Shown here piece by piece: positions 62,713-64,000 of a DNA stretch of 64,000 nt (within the stretch, counting starts at the first letter, position 1; the number at the start of each line of letters is the position of its first letter). Below the pieces are notes generated by a model. That model did not search any database. It had not been told where the DNA came from and saw nothing but the letters and a program-made list of their open reading frames with translations. A program made the translations under genes and the position numbers. Source of the DNA: Lama glama (taxonomy: Eukaryota); NCBI GenBank assembly GCA_028534125.1, contig CM052817.1, positions 6,078,001-6,142,000 of the forward strand, read 5' to 3'.

Positions 62713-62830
62713 GGGGGGCTGGGTATAGCTCAGTAGTACAACTCATGCTTAGCAGGCACAAGGTCCCGGGTTTAATCTCCAGTAAGATATATTTAAAAAG
62801 TTAAAAAATTATAGAAATTAATAAGTCTAT
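62713..62830 (+). mobile_element. tRNA-Ala-derived camelid SINE (Vic-1 type)
   Basis: ggggggctgggtatagctcagtagtacaactcatgcttagcaggcacaaggtcccgggtttaatctccagta plus an A-rich tail. Confidence 0.8.
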
Positions 62831-63356
62831 TACAAGTAAGTTAAATTAATCCAATTTTATAGGGAAACTAAGGCTTACATAGTCCACTCCCCACAAAATG
62901 GTGGTGGAGTTGCATTTCAAACCACACTCTCTCTAGTTCTCGGTCACATTCACAATATCATTGTCCTAATTTCAAGGGACATCGATACTCTATGAATGTC
63001 AAAGATACAAGTCCCTGCGCTCCAAGCAGAAAATCTTGAGACAAATACTTTTTTTCTCTGCAAGAACTTGGAGATGTGGTGAAGAATATGAATCTCTTCA
63101 ATATAATACACTGGATATTATAAACGGAAATGGAGAGCAAAGAGGGGAGGTGCCCAAAAGGAAGGAGAGTCATGTAAGCACTAAATGGAAGGAAGTAGAA
63201 ATTTTCCTCCCAAGAGGCGACATTTGAGGGGACTTGGAAGGTGAGAGGAGTTCACTGAGAAGAGAGGAGGGGAAGAGGCATCTTGGCAGGGAAATCAGTG
63301 TGGATTTATAGAGGTGAGAAACAGAATGGAGCTTTCAGAATCGAGCTGAATGCTCT

Positions 63357-63552
63357 GTACTCCTCAAGCATGGGTCCTTCTACTTTAGTGCATCAGAATT
63401 ACCTGGAATCCTTCACAGAAAGACATCTCAGGGATTTACCTTCAGGGGTTCAGATTTAGCCTGTCCGGCCCAGAGGCCAGCATTTACCTTTTCATCAGGC
63501 AGCTCAGTGACTCTGACTCAGGTGGCACATCAACCCATAGTCTGAGAAACAC
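63357..63552. mobile_element. MER5-type MITE inside an antisense L2 fossil
   Basis: 'gcatcagaattacctgga...cagctcagtgactctga...tctgagaaacac'. L2-like text lies on both sides. Confidence 0.55.
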
Positions 63553-63969
63553 CTTACCTGTGAGGTGAAAGGAGCAGAGAGAAGATGGGAGATGATGTGA
63601 TCAAGTAACTGCGGTCAGGACCTTTCAACAAATCTAGAAAATCATGTTGAGGAATTTTGAGTTCACTTTCCATGCAGTGAGGACCTCTTGTGTGGTTAAA
63701 CCAGAGGATATTATCATGCGACTGAACTGTTCACTGCCCTCACAGTGTGGTGCTCAGATTAGGACTGGGAGAAATGTGAGTAAGAGACATTATTTAGGAG
63801 GTGATTGTGGTAGATCAGGTGGGTCACCATCAGGGACTCAGATGACGCTGACGTATCAGATAATTGGTTTCTGGCCATGATTATATGTTGAATATACTCA
63901 GTAATTATGTGCTGAATGAATGTTTCAAATGTAAAACGTGTGTATTTGGGGTGGGAGAGATTATGGAGA

Positions 63970-64000
63970 TTTTTTTTAAATTGAAGTACTGTCAGTTACA
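63970..64000 (-). mobile_element. Tail of another L1 3' end, truncated by the window edge
   Basis: 'ttttttttaaattgaagtactgtcagttaca' resembles the tails of the 25760 and 55420 copies. Confidence 0.55.

Noticed and set aside
1..64000. CRISPR array, prokaryotic system, ERV internal genes or endogenous viral element
   Set aside because: I see no regularly spaced direct repeats and no gag/pol/env or other viral ORFs. All recognised LTRs are solo.

Overview
Mammalian non-coding genomic DNA, intronic or intergenic. It is most likely from a camelid, inferred from three copies of a tRNA-Ala(AGC)-derived SINE of the Vic-1 type and the absence of recognisable Alu, B1/B2 or Bov-A SINEs. I recognise no host protein-coding gene, tRNA, rRNA or known miRNA. 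The listed ORFs are chance ORFs, L1 ORF2 remnants or artefacts of the 500-N assembly gap at 45640-46139. A large part of the window is decayed transposable element. This includes one old ~4.8 kb L1 that keeps its 5'UTR, ORF1 and EN/RT, a 1.8 kb L1MB-type 3' part, many short L1 3' ends (several with target-site duplications, TSDs), MIR and L2 fossils, MaLR/ERVL solo LTRs, a MER41-like ERV1 solo LTR and hAT MITEs (MER5, MER20, MER58, MER63). Family names come from my recall of consensus sequences, not from a search, and many boundaries are approximate. I found no convincing new biological system. The best leads are a twin-priming L1 inversion, nested insertions, a hairpin at an L1 insertion site, repeat-free motif clusters (candidate enhancers), candidate cryptic exons or microexons, and two incomplete hammerhead-like motifs that are probably chance.
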